Shown: positions 25,321 to 34,271 of the stretch, in pieces | Layout: the number at the start of each line of letters is the position of its first letter | Position numbering within the stretch: position 1 is the first letter of the stretch | NCBI GenBank assembly: GCA_049570475.1 | Contig: CP186953.1 | Coordinates: forward strand, 896,185-960,184 | Origin: Candidatus Methanosuratincola verstraetei | Lineage (GTDB): Archaea; Thermoproteota; Methanomethylicia; Methanomethylicales; Methanomethylicaceae | Direction: 5' to 3' | DNA length: 64,000 nucleotides | Made by a program: the position numbers and the translations under genes | The notes under the pieces: model-generated | What the model was told of the DNA's origin: nothing | What the model saw: the letters and a program-made list of their open reading frames with translations, nothing else | Databases searched by the model: none

Positions 25321-26655
25321 CTATTGCCTTTCCGCCGCCCTCTCACCCCTAGTAGCCTCAGGTATCGCGGCCCGCAAGAATTTCTCCTTTGGCTTGCTCC
25401 AGGGGATGGTTGCGTCGATCGCGAGCTTTGCCGTCAGTATGTTGGTCTGGTCTGATGAAGGGTCAAGCGTCGAGCCCCTCGCCCCCTCAATCAGTGTGAG
25501 ATCACTGTCCCCTTGGAACCTGGTGGCGATCGCCCATTCCACTTCCTCGGGACTGTCGATGTCCACGTCCTCGTCAACCACTACGACATGCTTGAGGCTG
25601 GGGTTTGATCCGAGGGCTGCCATCGCCGCGTTCTTGCCGTCGCCGTCTGCCTGCTTCTTTATTGATACCACGGCGTGGAACCAGCAGCAGCCGCCTGGGG
25701 TGAGCCTCACGCCCTTGACCTTCGGGACTGCCTTCTGGATCGCCTCGTACATCCTGACTTCCTTGGGGATCCCCATCAGCAGCTTGTGCTCGCTCCCGCC
25801 CGGGAGCAGCGCCTGGTAGATCGCATCCCGCCTCCTCATCACCCTCTTGATCCTGACTACTGGCTGCTTCCTCACTATGTCGTAAGTCCCTGTTAGGTCG
25901 ACGAAGGGTCCCTCGTCAGCAGTCTCGTCAGCACTTATCTCGCCCTCGAGTACGAACTCAGCGTCCCATGGGACGCTGATGTCCACGTCCGGGCACTTCA
26001 CGACCTTCATCCTCCCCCCGAGCAGGGAGTTGGCTACCCAGAGCTCATTGACCCTGTAATCCGGCCCAGAGTTGACCCCTACCATGACTGCAGGGTGAGT
26101 CCCAATGACAATGGCGACCTGGAGATCCTTGCCCAGCATCGCGGCGTCCTCCCTCATTGCGTAGAGGTGCCTCGGCACTATCCTTATGGCCAGCCTGTCC
26201 TTGCCTAGGACCAGCATCCTGTGCACCGACGCGTTCTGGAAGCTGCCGTCCGCGCTCCTGGCTACCACTATGCCCGAGGTTATGTACTTCCCCGGATCCT
26301 TCTCGTAGTGCCTGAAGATCGGAAGCCCCTCCAAGTTCGGCGGCTCGGAAACCTCCATGACCGGTCCGCTTTCTACTAGCTCAGGCGGCTTTGGGTTCTG
26401 TACTGCCCAGGAAACCCTCCTGTAGTAAGTTTCCTTGTCTGCGCCTATTGCCCTGTATATCCTTTCGCGCGATCCGCAGACCCCAGCCGCCGCTTGGTAA
26501 CTGTGCCCCTTCAGCCTCCTGAATACCAGGATCGGCCCCCCGTCGTGCCTCTTCATTATGGCGGCAGCCTCGTAATCTGTCGATACCTCCTCCTCGATCT
26601 CGAGCACTGCCCCAGCGGCGGCTCGTTCCGCCTCTATGAACTCCCTAAGACTCAA
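25321..26655 (-). CDS. UbiD-family decarboxylase; putative trans-anhydromevalonate-5-phosphate decarboxylase
   Basis: UbiD-family pattern over the full length. The likely start is TTG at 26655 (M/LSLREFIE), preceded by GGAGGT. The ORF is open to 26793. Confidence 0.75.
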   Translation of the reverse strand: MSLREFIEAERAAAGAVLEIEEEVSTDYEAAAIMKRHDGGPILVFRRLKGHSYQAAAGVCGSRERIYRAIGADKETYYRRVSWAVQNPKPPELVESGPVMEVSEPPNLEGLPIFRHYEKDPGKYITSGIVVARSADGSFQNASVHRMLVLGKDRLAIRIVPRHLYAMREDAAMLGKDLQVAIVIGTHPAVMVGVNSGPDYRVNELWVANSLLGGRMKVVKCPDVDISVPWDAEFVLEGEISADETADEGPFVDLTGTYDIVRKQPVVRIKRVMRRRDAIYQALLPGGSEHKLLMGIPKEVRMYEAIQKAVPKVKGVRLTPGGCCWFHAVVSIKKQADGDGKNAAMAALGSNPSLKHVVVVDEDVDIDSPEEVEWAIATRFQGDSDLTLIEGARGSTLDPSSDQTNILTAKLAIDATIPWSKPKEKFLRAAIPEATRGERAAERQ

Positions 26656-26875
26656 AAAATTGACCTCCAAGGCTGATATTAATCGGCATTGAGGGGCTAA
26701 ATCCTTTTTGCAATTTCCGCATGCAAGCCTTCCTTTTATGCAATCAGGGCTATAATTCACACAAGCCGCCTCTGGCGCTTGGGGGCGGCGCAAGTTCCGA
26801 TCTGCCCACTGGTGTATGGATCATCCATAACCCCAATCCGACAGCGTTAAATCGCCCAAAACGGTCTTTTATCGC

Positions 26876-28798
26876 TTGGAGCAACCCCAGTTGAATTCCA
26901 AGTGGCGATACTTCCCTTATCCATCATTCAAGCCTAACCAAGAGGAGCTGCTTAGGGTAGTCTCCGAAGCGGTTGAGAAGCGGTCGCATGCAGTCGTGGA
27001 CGGAGCAAGCGGTCTTGGAAAGACGGCTGGATCCCTTGCGGGGGCCCTCCAGGCGTGCAAGCCCGCGGGGCTCCGAATACTCTACGCCGCGAGGACCTAC
27101 AAGGAGCTTGACAGGGTGATTGAAGAGCTTGCCGAGATAAGCAAGAGGGAGAAAGTGACGGGGATCTCGATCCGTGGGAGGGCGGAGATGTGCGTCAACG
27201 ATGCCGTGCTCCGGCTGTCCAGGGACCCCAGAACGGTCTCCGAGCTCTGCTCTGACCTCATAAAGAGCAGGAAGTGCCCTTACCATGAGAACATTGAAGA
27301 GGAGGGCAAGACGGTGAAATACCTGATTGAAGATTTCCTCGAGTCCCCCACGGCTGCCTTCGACCTCATCTCCCAGTCCAAGGGGAATGAGCTCTGCCCG
27401 TACGATATGACCAAGCTCATTCTCCCGCACATGGACGTTGTGGCGCTTAGCTATGCCTACCTTTTCAACAGGGAGATCAGAGACACATTTGTGAAGCGCC
27501 TGGGGCAGTCTATATCCCAATACGTGGTGATACTCGACGAGGCGCACAACCTCCCAGAGACTGTCAACGAGTACGAGAGCGACAGGATCTCAGTCAGCTC
27601 AATACTGCTCTGCTCGAGGGAGGCTGACAACTACGGAAAGGCGGACGTCGTGAGGTTTGCAGAGTCGGTGCTCTCGATAGTCGAGGGTAAGGGTTTTGGC
27701 GAACATGTGGTGGACCTCAAGTCGGTCGCGGAGCAGGCACTGAAATCCGCGAGGGTTAGCGAATCATTGCCTATCTTCCTCGAGGAGGTCCACGAGTTCG
27801 GGGAGCGGATCAAGATGGACCTGCTCTCGAAGGGGAGGATACCGAGGTCTTACATCCACCGCCTTGGAGAGTTCTTCCTCAGGGCGTACGAAACCTCGGG
27901 GAAGAAGGAATTCGTCCACATAATTCACAGCGAAGAAGGGGAGGGATCCAAGACCATCGAGATCGTCTCCCTCGACCCGAGGACCTCAACCTCTGATCTC
28001 ATAAACGCCGCAGCCGCAACCGTGAGCATGTCCGGGACTCTTGAGGATATGGAGGCATACGCCTCTGTGATGGGGTTGCCTGCATCCACGGTCAAGACTG
28101 CCCTCCCTTCGCCCTTCAGCAGGGAACAGACTCTTGTGCTGGTCTGCCGGGGCGTCTCTACCCTTTACGACCAGCGCGGCAAGGAGTCCTACTCCACGAT
28201 GGTGTCGAAGATCTCGGAGGTTGTTTCAAACACCCCTGGGAACACGGGCATTTTCTGCTCATCTTACGGGGTAATGGAGGGCCTGATCGAGGCTGGGATT
28301 GAGTCAGCGGTCGGGAAGCCCCTCTACGTGGAGCAGCAGAAGGTACGGTCGCTCGACCAGGACCGTCTCATCGAGGAGTACAAGTCGATGTCACGATCCG
28401 GTGGTGCAGTACTCCTCGGCGTCACTGGAGGGAGGTTCAGCGAGGGGGAGGACTATCCTGGGGACGAGATGAACTCTGTTGTGATAGTGGGGGTGCCTTA
28501 CCCGAAGCCCACCGCGAAGGTCAACGCCCAAATAAGCTACTACGAGTCTATCTTCCCGGGGAGGGGGAGGGAGTACGCTTACACCATACCTGCGATGAGG
28601 AAGGCCTCTCAGGCAGCAGGCAGGCCGTTCAGGAACCTTGGGGACAGGGGCGTGGTCGTCTTCATGGACTACCGTTTCGCTTCGCCCTACCTGCGCCGCC
28701 TCCTTCCAGCCTGGATCAGGGAGCGCATTATTCCTGTCGAGGACCGCAAGGGCATCCTCTCGCGCCTGATCAGCGACTTCTACAGGGGGAAAGGCTGA
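26876..28798 (+). CDS. xpd: XPD/Rad3-family 5'-3' DNA helicase (Fe-S)
   Basis: Walker A GASGLGKT, DEAH box VILDEAHNL, and four-Cys Fe-S domain Cys candidates (MCVN, LCSD, KCPY, LCPYD). TTG start. Confidence 0.88.
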   Translation: MEQPQLNSKWRYFPYPSFKPNQEELLRVVSEAVEKRSHAVVDGASGLGKTAGSLAGALQACKPAGLRILYAARTYKELDRVIEELAEISKREKVTGISIRGRAEMCVNDAVLRLSRDPRTVSELCSDLIKSRKCPYHENIEEEGKTVKYLIEDFLESPTAAFDLISQSKGNELCPYDMTKLILPHMDVVALSYAYLFNREIRDTFVKRLGQSISQYVVILDEAHNLPETVNEYESDRISVSSILLCSREADNYGKADVVRFAESVLSIVEGKGFGEHVVDLKSVAEQALKSARVSESLPIFLEEVHEFGERIKMDLLSKGRIPRSYIHRLGEFFLRAYETSGKKEFVHIIHSEEGEGSKTIEIVSLDPRTSTSDLINAAAATVSMSGTLEDMEAYASVMGLPASTVKTALPSPFSREQTLVLVCRGVSTLYDQRGKESYSTMVSKISEVVSNTPGNTGIFCSSYGVMEGLIEAGIESAVGKPLYVEQQKVRSLDQDRLIEEYKSMSRSGGAVLLGVTGGRFSEGEDYPGDEMNSVVIVGVPYPKPTAKVNAQISYYESIFPGRGREYAYTIPAMRKASQAAGRPFRNLGDRGVVVFMDYRFASPYLRRLLPAWIRERIIPVEDRKGILSRLISDFYRGKG

Positions 28799-28895
28799 GC
28801 CCTCCGGGGCTTGTGCCTGCCGGCGCTGGCGAGGTGATTGTCGATGACGTATTGGCTGCGGTCTGAATCGATCCCTTTTGTAGGTGTAGGGGCTG

Positions 28896-29651
28896 ATGCG
28901 GGCTCTGGAGAAAGCGTCAAAAGCGGAATGCGAAATAGTTGGCGTGAAGGGGGGCAAAAAGCTGAACCGGGGAGGTACTCTGCAGACTGGCTGCGCTGAT
29001 CTGGACTCGCTTCTAGACGGAGGTCTGAAACCAGGCGAGGTTGTACTCGCCTTCGGTGAGCGGGGTGCCGGAAAGACATCGCTAGTATTCCAGACAGCCG
29101 CCTCTGCCGCCTCTTCCGGGTTTGGAAGCGTCATAATTTACTCAGAAGGGCGCCTACCTCTGCGCCGACTCTCAGAGATCTCGGGCGAAGGCTGGCAGCA
29201 GATGAGCGAAAGGATATGGATCGTCGAGGTGAAGAGTTTCGAGGATCAGGACTCTGTGATCGAGATGCTGGAGACGAGCCTCCCGCCCGGCACGTCGTTG
29301 CTTGCGCTGGACTCGGCGACCGGGATGTACAGGGCTGAGCTCGGGGAACACGACGAAAATATAGTTGCCAACAAGATCCTCAACAGGCAGCTAGCGATAG
29401 TGAAGGACCTGGCAAGGAGGAGAGGCTTGGCGGTCCTGATCACCAGCGAGGTGAGGGATGTCCCTGATGGGAGCGGGGCGGTGCCTGTCGCCTCAGCGAT
29501 ACTCACTTACTGGTCCGACAGGGTACTGAGGCTGGAGCGGATCCACGGGGAGGTCAGGAAGGCGTTGCTTCTTAAGCCTCCCCCGAGGCGCGAGGCATTA
29601 ATAAGGCTCACATCAAGAGGTTTCTCAGGAATGGGTACCGGAAATGACTGA
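28896..29651 (+). CDS. radB: DNA repair and recombination protein RadB (RadA paralog)
   Basis: LQTGCADLDSLLDGGLKPGEVVLAFGERGAGKTSL, LLALDSATGMYR, AVLITSEV. Confidence 0.8.
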   Translation: MRALEKASKAECEIVGVKGGKKLNRGGTLQTGCADLDSLLDGGLKPGEVVLAFGERGAGKTSLVFQTAASAASSGFGSVIIYSEGRLPLRRLSEISGEGWQQMSERIWIVEVKSFEDQDSVIEMLETSLPPGTSLLALDSATGMYRAELGEHDENIVANKILNRQLAIVKDLARRRGLAVLITSEVRDVPDGSGAVPVASAILTYWSDRVLRLERIHGEVRKALLLKPPPRREALIRLTSRGFSGMGTGND

Positions 29652-30126
29652 CCTCCTCGCCCTTGCATTCTCCTCGTTCGTGATCATAATGCCTGCCTTC
29701 ATTGCGAACTCGGTCCCGGTCCTGGCGAGAGGGCGCCACCCAATGGATTTAGGGAAGAAGATGGGGGACGGTCGTAGGGTGCTGGGAGACGGGAAGACAT
29801 TCGAGGGATTTCTTGCCGGGCTATTTATGGGCACCCTGGCAGGGGCTTTGTTCGGCTACCCGATCCACTCCTTTCTCCTCGCTCTCGGCGCCCTCACGGG
29901 GGACATCCTCGGGGCATTCATAAAGCGCAGGATCGGGATCGAGAGGGGGCACCCCGCCCCAATCCTCGACCAGCTGGACTTTGTGGCAGGGGCCCTGCTC
30001 TTCCTCTACCCTGTCTACCAGGTCTCACTCGATCAAGTTGTATTCATCGTGGTGGTCACTCCGCCGATCCACCTGCTGACCAATTACATCGCCTACCGTT
30101 TGGGTCTTAAAAAGTACCCGTGGTGA
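29644..30126 (+). CDS. carS: CDP-archaeol synthase
   Basis: DUF46/UPF0290 pattern: IANSVPVL ... DGKTFEGFLAG ... GDILGAFIKRRIGIERG ... LDQLDF. Confidence 0.85.
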   Translation: MTDLLALAFSSFVIIMPAFIANSVPVLARGRHPMDLGKKMGDGRRVLGDGKTFEGFLAGLFMGTLAGALFGYPIHSFLLALGALTGDILGAFIKRRIGIERGHPAPILDQLDFVAGALLFLYPVYQVSLDQVVFIVVVTPPIHLLTNYIAYRLGLKKYPW

Positions 30127-30138
30127 AAAAAGAATTAA

Positions 30139-30498
30139 TCAGTAGAGCTTTGCCCTGAGCAGGTACTCCATCAGTAACATTGCAATGAGGATCAGCGCCG
30201 TGCCAGCGACGAACTTGAGCTTCGAGCCCTCGAGATCAAATGATCTGTGCAGCGACCTTTCCAACAACACGAAGCCAAGCGTGCCCGCCAGGGTGAGGAA
30301 GAATATCACAAAGAACTCTGTGGAGGTCTGGCTGCTGCTCGACCTGACCAGGAAACTTGTCCCTGTGCCCGTCGAGACCATGGCGCTCGGCTCCATCACG
30401 ATCAGGTAGATCCCCCCGCTCGTGAGGAACATGGTGAAAATGGCAGCGAGATAAGCCAGGTTTCTCCTGGAGAACAACTCCCTGTACAAGCAAGCCAC
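30139..30498 (-). CDS. hypothetical small membrane protein (3 predicted TM helices)
   Basis: Hydrophobic segments YLAAIFTMFLTSGGIYLIVM, FFVIFFLTLAGTLGFVLL and FVAGTALILIAMLLM. No family recognised. Confidence 0.5.
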   Translation of the reverse strand: MACLYRELFSRRNLAYLAAIFTMFLTSGGIYLIVMEPSAMVSTGTGTSFLVRSSSSQTSTEFFVIFFLTLAGTLGFVLLERSLHRSFDLEGSKLKFVAGTALILIAMLLMEYLLRAKLY

Positions 30499-30639
30499 CG
30501 TCAGATGAGTGTCGCGGTTGCGTCTATTATTCTTATTGGTCCGCCCTAATATGTAAGGTATGTAAAATATAAAAAAATTATCATTTATGCGTCATACATG
30601 CATAAATTACATATATAGCCGCGTAATGAGGGGTAGGCG

Positions 30640-31884
30640 GTGTCTCATATTCACCCCTCCAAGGACATAATTGGCTCAAAGAGCAGGCTAATCGCGGGGA
30701 AGCGTATAGCCCTAGGCATCTGCGGCAGCGTAGCGTGCATAAAGTCGCCCGAGATTGCCCGGGAGCTCATGCGCCACGGAGGGGATGTTTGGGTCGTAAT
30801 GACCGATGCTGCCCGGCAATTGATCTCCCCAGACCTAATGGAGTGGGCGACCGGGAACCCTGTAGTAACCAGGCTAACAGGCGGGATTGAGCATGTGGCG
30901 CTTGGTCACGGGGGCGAGGGGAGCGCCGATCTTGTGCTTATCGCCCCAGCCACAGCGAACACAATCGGCAAGATGGCGGCAGGTATAGACGACACGCCGG
31001 TAACCTCTCTTGCGACGACAGCGATAGGATCGGGCATCCCGATTATAGTTGCGCCCGCGATGCACGCGAGCATGTACCGACACCCTGCAGTCCTCGAGAA
31101 CATCAAGAGGCTTCAGTCAATGGGGATACGTGTGCTGCTCCCGGAAATAGCTGAGGGAAAGGCAAAGCTAATCGATTGGAATGCGATTGTCGAGGAGGCT
31201 ATCGCAGCCCTCCGCCCGAAGGACATGGCTGGGCTGAGGGTGCTCGTGACGTCCGGCCCGACGCGCACATATATGGACCGTATACGCTTCCTGACGAACT
31301 CGAGCTCAGGAAAGATGGGGTTTGCATTCGCTGCCGAGGCTGCGGCGAGGGGCGCGGAGGTCACACTCATAACCGGTCCGGTTGATGCCCCAAAGTTGAA
31401 TGCGAGGGTGATTTCGGTCGAGACCACCCGCGAGATGAGGGATGCCGTCATCAAGGAGCTCTCGGGTTCTGCCTACGACCTGCTTGTGATGGCTGCTGCC
31501 CCGTTGGACTTCGAGTTCGACCGATCATTCGACGGGAAGATCTCGAGCGAAGCCCCGATAGACCTGAAGCTCGTCCCAGTTCCCAAGATCCTTGCAGAGG
31601 CTAAGCGGGCATCCCCCCGCACTTTTGTCATTGGCTTCAAGGCTGAATACGGGCTTACTAAGGATGAGCTGGTGTCCAGGGCACTCGCAAGGCTTACCGG
31701 TTCAGGGTGCGACATGATTGTCGCAAATGACCTCTCACTCCCGGGCAGGGGTTTCATGTCTGAGACCAACGAGACATACATTGTTTTCCCCGAAGGCTCG
31801 ACTTCCCACGTGCCGCTGAAGTCGAAGAGGGAAGTCGCCAGCCAGGTGCTCGATCTATACCTAAGGAGGGCTGGGATTTGCTGA
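30640..31884 (+). CDS. coaBC: bifunctional phosphopantothenoylcysteine decarboxylase / phosphopantothenate-cysteine ligase
   Basis: Flavoprotein domain (GICGSVACIKSPEIAREL ... APATANTIGKMAAGIDD) and a CoaB domain (VTSGPTRTYMDRIRFLTNSSSGKMG). GTG start. Confidence 0.9.
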   Translation: MSHIHPSKDIIGSKSRLIAGKRIALGICGSVACIKSPEIARELMRHGGDVWVVMTDAARQLISPDLMEWATGNPVVTRLTGGIEHVALGHGGEGSADLVLIAPATANTIGKMAAGIDDTPVTSLATTAIGSGIPIIVAPAMHASMYRHPAVLENIKRLQSMGIRVLLPEIAEGKAKLIDWNAIVEEAIAALRPKDMAGLRVLVTSGPTRTYMDRIRFLTNSSSGKMGFAFAAEAAARGAEVTLITGPVDAPKLNARVISVETTREMRDAVIKELSGSAYDLLVMAAAPLDFEFDRSFDGKISSEAPIDLKLVPVPKILAEAKRASPRTFVIGFKAEYGLTKDELVSRALARLTGSGCDMIVANDLSLPGRGFMSETNETYIVFPEGSTSHVPLKSKREVASQVLDLYLRRAGIC

Positions 31885-32831
31885 GCCAGGGGGAGACTAT
31901 CGCCGGCGAGGGGTATGCCCCTGCCCACATTACGGGATTCTTCACGATATGCATGGCAGAAGAGCCCATCAGATCAGGATCGACTGGCGCAGGGATCTGC
32001 ATAGCAGGCGGGGTCAGGACCAGGCTTTTGGCAAGGGAGGGGTACATGCCTGGATTCGAGCTTCGCTGCAACGGCTCTCCGATCTCTTCCCCGACATGCA
32101 GCTACGTGGCATCTAAGATGGTGCCTCAGTCAGAGAGGTATGCTGTGACCGCGGATCAGGAATCGGTCCTGCCGGCTAACTATGGTTATGGCATAAGCGG
32201 CTCCTCGGCGCTGAGCCTAGCCATCTCGATCAACCGCGCCTTCAAGATGGGGATGCGCTTGAGGGAGGTCGCTTCCGTGGCTCACGCCGCCGAGGTCGTG
32301 AATGCGACCGGGCTCGGAGACGTGCTTGCAGAGGTCATGGGTGGGCTAGAGGTGAGGATTAGCCCCGGAGGCCCTGGCATAGGGGTGGCAAGGCAGATCC
32401 TCTTGAGCAAGGACTATGTGGTCGTCTCCACGCCGGTATACGAATACCAGACAAGATCCATGATCACCGAGCGCCCCCTTGTGAACCGAATAAACCGGCT
32501 GGGTAAGCAGGCGCTTGAGGCTTTCCTCGAGAGCCCCACGGTAGAGAACTTCATGCTCCAATCCAGAAGATTCTGGGACGGCGTCGGCTTATCCAACGAC
32601 ACGATCCGAGCCGTGCTGAGAAGATACGAGGCAGCGGGGGTTACCCCCTCGGCGAAGAAGGGTCTCGTCTTCGCGATCGTTGAGCGGGATCAGCTCAAAA
32701 AGGCTCTTAGGTTACTCGCCGAAGCCAATGTTGAATCCGAATCGCCCCCAGTCAACCTGAAAATGCCTGGGGGTCTCAAGCTGATAGTCTCTGAAATTCA
32801 CAGGAGTGGAATTGAATGGGAGTCCGTCTGA
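31878..32831 (+). CDS. pantoate kinase (archaeal GHMP-family kinase)
   Basis: [10 protein letters not shown]-terminus, GHMP motif [13 protein letters not shown], and its position between coaBC and the PPS gene. Confidence 0.75.
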   Translation: MLSQGETIAGEGYAPAHITGFFTICMAEEPIRSGSTGAGICIAGGVRTRLLAREGYMPGFELRCNGSPISSPTCSYVASKMVPQSERYAVTADQESVLPANYGYGISGSSALSLAISINRAFKMGMRLREVASVAHAAEVVNATGLGDVLAEVMGGLEVRISPGGPGIGVARQILLSKDYVVVSTPVYEYQTRSMITERPLVNRINRLGKQALEAFLESPTVENFMLQSRRFWDGVGLSNDTIRAVLRRYEAAGVTPSAKKGLVFAIVERDQLKKALRLLAEANVESESPPVNLKMPGGLKLIVSEIHRSGIEWESV

Positions 32832-33589
32832 AAATACCGAAAAACCATGTGAGGGCAGCCTCACTGCTGATAAGGGAAAGGCTCGTCGAAGGAGAGGAGA
32901 AGAATGTCGTCACAAAGTCTGGGCTGATCGCACACGGGAGGGGGGAGGCTTTCGACTACCTCATTGGAGAGGAGACGACGCCTGAAGCCCTCTTCGCGAC
33001 AAGGGCAGCCGCGGCCGCACTCCTTCTTGCATCCCATCCTGTCATATCAGTAAACGGAAATGCAGCTGCACTCGTCCCAGGCGAGCTGGTCAGGCTGTCT
33101 GAGGCTGTGCCTGCCCCCCTGGAGGTCAACCTCTTCTACAGGACAAGGGAGAGGGAGATCGCAGTCAGGGATTCGCTATTGGCGGCAGGCGCCAAGCACG
33201 TCCTTGGCGTGGGCCGGGCGGCCAGCGCAAGGATCCCTGAGCTCTTCAGCGAGAGGCGCAAGGTCGATCCCAGGGGGATCTACGCGGCGGATGTTGTTCT
33301 CGTGCCGCTTGAGGACGGCGACAGGACAATGGCCCTGAAGAAGATGAACAAATACGTGATAACCATCGACCTGAACCCGCTCTCGAGGACCGCCCAGACC
33401 GCAGACATCACTATAGTCGACAACATAATACGCGCGCTTCCCAACTTGGTCTCAGCCGTGGAAGAGCTAAGGTCACAGGACAGGTCGGTCCTGAATGAGA
33501 TCCTCGAAGAATTCGACAACAGGAAGAACCTTTCCAGTATGCTCATCCACATAAGGGACCGACTTACCAGGCTCGCAGAGGAACAGTGA
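32816..33589 (+). CDS. phosphopantothenate synthetase (4-phosphopantoate--beta-alanine ligase, archaeal)
   Basis: [38 protein letters not shown] (COG1701/DUF137 pattern). Confidence 0.8.
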   Translation: MGVRLKIPKNHVRAASLLIRERLVEGEEKNVVTKSGLIAHGRGEAFDYLIGEETTPEALFATRAAAAALLLASHPVISVNGNAAALVPGELVRLSEAVPAPLEVNLFYRTREREIAVRDSLLAAGAKHVLGVGRAASARIPELFSERRKVDPRGIYAADVVLVPLEDGDRTMALKKMNKYVITIDLNPLSRTAQTADITIVDNIIRALPNLVSAVEELRSQDRSVLNEILEEFDNRKNLSSMLIHIRDRLTRLAEEQ

Positions 33590-33590
33590 A

Positions 33591-34106
33591 ATGGCGTCCA
33601 GAGAAAGGCGGTCCTTCATTCTGATATATGTAGCGGTTTTCGGCGCCCTCTCCATAGTGCTGAGCAGCATCCGTGTCTCGTTCCCGCTCGGAAACCCGAA
33701 CCTGGGATCAACCCCTGTCTCCATAGCCGCGGCAGCCTCGCCAGGCCTTGCCGCATTCGCCGTCGGCTTGATAAAAGGTCTCGGGGTCTCGCTTTGGACA
33801 GGCCAGGCGCTGATAGAGATACCTGCTGGAATCGGGGACGGCATGATGGGGGTCCTGACCTCCTGGCTCTCTAGGAGGATAAACCCAGTGCTGGCGGTCG
33901 CAGTAGGCCAGCTCAGCCGCTACTTCTTCACCTCCGGAATGATCGCGCTCTCCCTCACGATCAGCAAGTCCTACCCGGGTTTCCTGGAGGCTTGGATCGC
34001 CATGATCCCAGCAATTACCGCGTCTATAATTGTGAACCTGGCGCTTTCTACCGCTGCGGTCGCGGGCTTGCGGCGGTTCTATCCATCCGTGTTCAGGAGG
34101 CCTTGA
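33591..34106 (+). CDS. small polytopic membrane protein coupled to the CoA operon (possible vitamin/precursor transporter)
   Basis: ATG lies 1 nt after the PPS stop. About 5-6 hydrophobic helices in 171 aa. No motif recognised. Confidence 0.55.
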   Translation: MASRERRSFILIYVAVFGALSIVLSSIRVSFPLGNPNLGSTPVSIAAAASPGLAAFAVGLIKGLGVSLWTGQALIEIPAGIGDGMMGVLTSWLSRRINPVLAVAVGQLSRYFFTSGMIALSLTISKSYPGFLEAWIAMIPAITASIIVNLALSTAAVAGLRRFYPSVFRRP

Positions 34107-34271
34107 GTGCTCGCCATCACCAGAATGGCACATAAAGCCCGCGCCTCCAGGGTTGGGATTTTGCAAGCGCCGTGTGCCCTGGAGATGAAGCGCTGCTGGA
34201 CATATTCACGGATAAGAATTTATTCCTCCATTATGAGTCATAAGTAGCGACAGCGGTGCTGCCGCCCAGGG

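Noticed and set aside
28391-29134. 247-aa minus-strand ORF spanning the XPD/RadB junction
   Set aside because: Antisense to two well-supported genes and across their intergenic spacer, with Pro/Arg/Ser-rich composition.
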